Shown piece after piece: positions 35,165 to 37,379 of a stretch of 37,379 bases of DNA. This DNA comes from a virus. Its lineage: Duplodnaviria > Caudoviricetes. Made by a program: the position numbers and the translations under genes. Position 1 is the stretch's first letter, and every line of letters begins with the position of its first letter. The notes under the pieces were generated by a model that had not been told where the DNA came from, searched no databases, and worked only from the letters and a program-made list of their open reading frames with translations. The DNA lies in IMG/VR virus record IMGVR_UViG_3300025301_000042, positions 1 to 37,379 of that record. The stretch is one strand, 5' to 3'.

Positions 35165-35476
35165 ATGAAATATATATTATTAATAATAATTACTATACTG
35201 ATTTTACCTTACCACTCTTTTAGTAATGAGTATATTATTATAAGAATGTGTAAGGCTATGGAAGGTTGTGCTGTTAATACTAAAACTGGAGAGTGTCCTA
35301 CATGTGTTGATAAGAAAATTCCTATACCTAAACAAGTAGAAGAGAAACCTAAACCTCGTTTATTAATGATAAATAAAAAAATAGATAATCATAATGATAA
35401 TAATGATTATGATACTCCTATTCTAAATTTTGTACCTTTGGAAGAACTTTGTAAAACATGTTATTGGAGAAAATGA
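35165..35476 (+). CDS. Exported/membrane-anchored Cys-rich hypothetical protein
   Basis: Hydrophobic N-terminus; C.....C, CPTC, CKTC; AGGAAGG RBS. Confidence 0.6.
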   Translation: MKYILLIIITILILPYHSFSNEYIIIRMCKAMEGCAVNTKTGECPTCVDKKIPIPKQVEEKPKPRLLMINKKIDNHNDNNDYDTPILNFVPLEELCKTCYWRK

Positions 35477-35477
35477 T

Positions 35478-35525
35478 ATGTGTAAATGTAAAGATTGTAA
35501 ATGTAATCCTTGTAGATGTAAATAA
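35478..35525 (+). CDS. 15-aa metallothionein-like micropeptide MCKCKDCKCNPCRCK
   Basis: GGAGA RBS 7 nt upstream; six Cys as three CxC pairs; stop overlaps the terL start (TAATG). Confidence 0.6.
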   Translation: MCKCKDCKCNPCRCK

Positions 35526-37183
35526 TGGATAATAAGTTAAAGGACTTTCGTAATTTCCTTTTTATCTGTTGGAAACATCTACACCTACCTGATCCTACCC
35601 CTGTGCAATACGACATTGCAACATTCCTACAGAACAAACCTAAACGTGGAGTGATAGAAGCTTTTCGTGGAGTGGGGAAAAGCTATATCACATCTGCCTT
35701 CGTTTGTCATACCCTCCTTCTTGATCCTCAAATGAAAGTTCTAGTTGTAAGTGCTTCAAAAGTCAGGTCAGATGACTTCTCAACCTTTACACAGAGACTC
35801 ATACACGAAATACCTATCCTTCAACACCTTAGATCCTCTGAAGGTCAGAGACAATCAAAAGTATCATTCGATGTAGGGCCAGCATTAGCTTCACATTCTC
35901 CCTCAGTTAAAAGTGTAGGTATAACAGGACAGTTAGCTGGTAGTAGAGCAGATCTTATCGTGGCAGACGATGTGGAGGTTCCTAATAACTCAATGACTCA
36001 ATCAATGAGAGATAAATTATCGGAAGCAGTCAAAGAGTTTGATGCTATTCTTAAACCTGATGGATCAATAATCTATCTAGGAACTCCTCAAACTGAGATG
36101 TCTCTCTATGAAACACTACCTGAGAGAGGGTATGAAGTACAAATATGGCCTAGTAGATACCCTACCGATGAACAAATAGTAAGATATGAAAATAGATTAG
36201 CACCTTTTATACGAAATAAGAAAGGTAAAACAGGAGAACCTACTGATCCTTTGAGATTTGATGATGATGATCTTACTGAGAGAGAACTTTCCTATGGTAG
36301 ATCAGGATTTAATCTACAGTTTCAACTCGATACTTCACTTAGTGATGCCGATAGGTATCCTCTTAAACTTAGTGACTTGATAGTTATGTCTCTGGATGGT
36401 GATAAAGCACCTGAAAAACCTGTGTGGTCTAGAGATCCTGAAAATAAATTAACTGAACTGCCTAATGTAGGTCTTCCTGGTGATGGTTACTACTCTCCAC
36501 AAAAGAAAATAGGTGATTGGTTGGAATATACTGGTAGTGTCCTGTCAGTCGATCCTAGTGGTAGAGGTAAAGATGAGACAGGTTATGCAGTTGTTAAGAT
36601 GTTGAATGGTATTCTGTACCTGACTGAATGTGGAGGACTGCAAGGTGGATATAAACAAGATAACCTACAGGCACTCTCAATCATTGCCAGACGTAATAAA
36701 GTAAATCTGGTGTTGATAGAGTCTAACTTTGGTGATGGGATGTTCATGGAGCTATGGAAGCCTATTCTGAGTAAGATATATGATGTTAGAATGGAAGAAG
36801 TTAGATCTAATATACAGAAAGAGAGAAGAATCATAGATACTCTTGAACCTGTAATGAATCAACATAGATTAGTGGTAGATCCACAGGTGATAGAGAAGGA
36901 TATACAGACTGTTAGACACTATCCTAGTGAAAGTCAAGCTAAATACATGCTGTTTCACCAGATGACTAGGATTACAAAGGATAAAGGTGCTCTGATTCAT
37001 GACGATAGACTCGATGCTCTTCAAATGGCAGTTGGTTATTGGGTCGAACAGATGGCTACTGATGCAGATAAAGAGGTGGTTGTTAGGAAAGATAGATTGA
37101 TGGATGAGGAACTTGAAAGATTTACTGCAGGAGTGTTTAATAAAGAGTTTGTTGAGACACCAAATGTCTGGATGAATATGTAG
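35525..37183 (+). CDS. Terminase large subunit (T7 gp19-like)
   Basis: AFRGVGKS Walker A, GSRADLIVADDVE, LGTPQ, DPSGRGKDETG, ESNFGDG, HDDRLDAL. Confidence 0.97.
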   Translation: MDNKLKDFRNFLFICWKHLHLPDPTPVQYDIATFLQNKPKRGVIEAFRGVGKSYITSAFVCHTLLLDPQMKVLVVSASKVRSDDFSTFTQRLIHEIPILQHLRSSEGQRQSKVSFDVGPALASHSPSVKSVGITGQLAGSRADLIVADDVEVPNNSMTQSMRDKLSEAVKEFDAILKPDGSIIYLGTPQTEMSLYETLPERGYEVQIWPSRYPTDEQIVRYENRLAPFIRNKKGKTGEPTDPLRFDDDDLTERELSYGRSGFNLQFQLDTSLSDADRYPLKLSDLIVMSLDGDKAPEKPVWSRDPENKLTELPNVGLPGDGYYSPQKKIGDWLEYTGSVLSVDPSGRGKDETGYAVVKMLNGILYLTECGGLQGGYKQDNLQALSIIARRNKVNLVLIESNFGDGMFMELWKPILSKIYDVRMEEVRSNIQKERRIIDTLEPVMNQHRLVVDPQVIEKDIQTVRHYPSESQAKYMLFHQMTRITKDKGALIHDDRLDALQMAVGYWVEQMATDADKEVVVRKDRLMDEELERFTAGVFNKEFVETPNVWMNM

Positions 37184-37198
37184 GGAAAAAATCTGAGA

Positions 37199-37246
37199 GG
37201 GTATTACGTTATACCCAGGACGGGTATCCCCCATACCTTTTTTTTT
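37199..37246 (+). terminator. Tandem hairpins plus T9 tract after terL
   Basis: GGGTAT-tacgtt-ATACCC (37199-216), then GGTAT-ccccc-ATACC (37223-37) followed by 9 T. Confidence 0.6.
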
Positions 37247-37379
37247 GGGCCGCTCTACTCCATATTATTACATGATACGTAATTGCAGCAGTTCCAAACA
37301 TTCAAATTGTTTAAGCAGCAGCAAGATAATTGCCAGCAGTTTGTAATTTTTTTTTATTTTTTTTTCTTTCTCTCTCTTT

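Noticed and set aside
1236-37234. All minus-strand ORFs in the track (e.g. 7349-7807, 11411-11887, 27885-28205, 36869-37234)
   Set aside because: Antisense shadows of well-supported + strand genes with no motifs; T7-like genomes are unidirectional.
1-37379. tRNA genes, integrase, phage RNA polymerase
   Set aside because: None recognisable in the window; the RNAP would be expected upstream of position 1, so lifestyle and exact host cannot be fixed from this window.

Overview
A single-strand (+) AT-rich T7-like (Autographiviridae-type) podophage genome segment, probably marine. It runs from the 3' end of the SSB gene through replication (endonuclease I, gp3.5-like amidase, primase-helicase, PolA, exonuclease, class II RNR), morphogenesis (portal, scaffold, capsid, tail tube A/B, internal virion proteins, fibres) and lysis to the terminase genes. 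The phage RNA polymerase gene is not in the window. The main candidate system is phage-encoded protein acylation. An acyl carrier protein (9278-9532) overlaps an HlyC/RTX-toxin-acyltransferase-like gene (9450-9887) just before the portal. Two putative ejected virion proteins (9889 and 17663) share a ~33-35 aa N-terminal leader ending in Cys. Other points of interest: an apparently dead gp3.5 amidase with an M15 peptidase as the likely real endolysin, an accessory island between terS and terL (ADP-ribosyltransferase-like gene, iscU, Cys-rich protein, unannotated 15-aa metallothionein-like peptide), a recurring AGGAAGG RBS with its exact complement inside the post-capsid terminator, and a structured capsid leader. 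All family calls come from motif recognition by eye; no database search was run.
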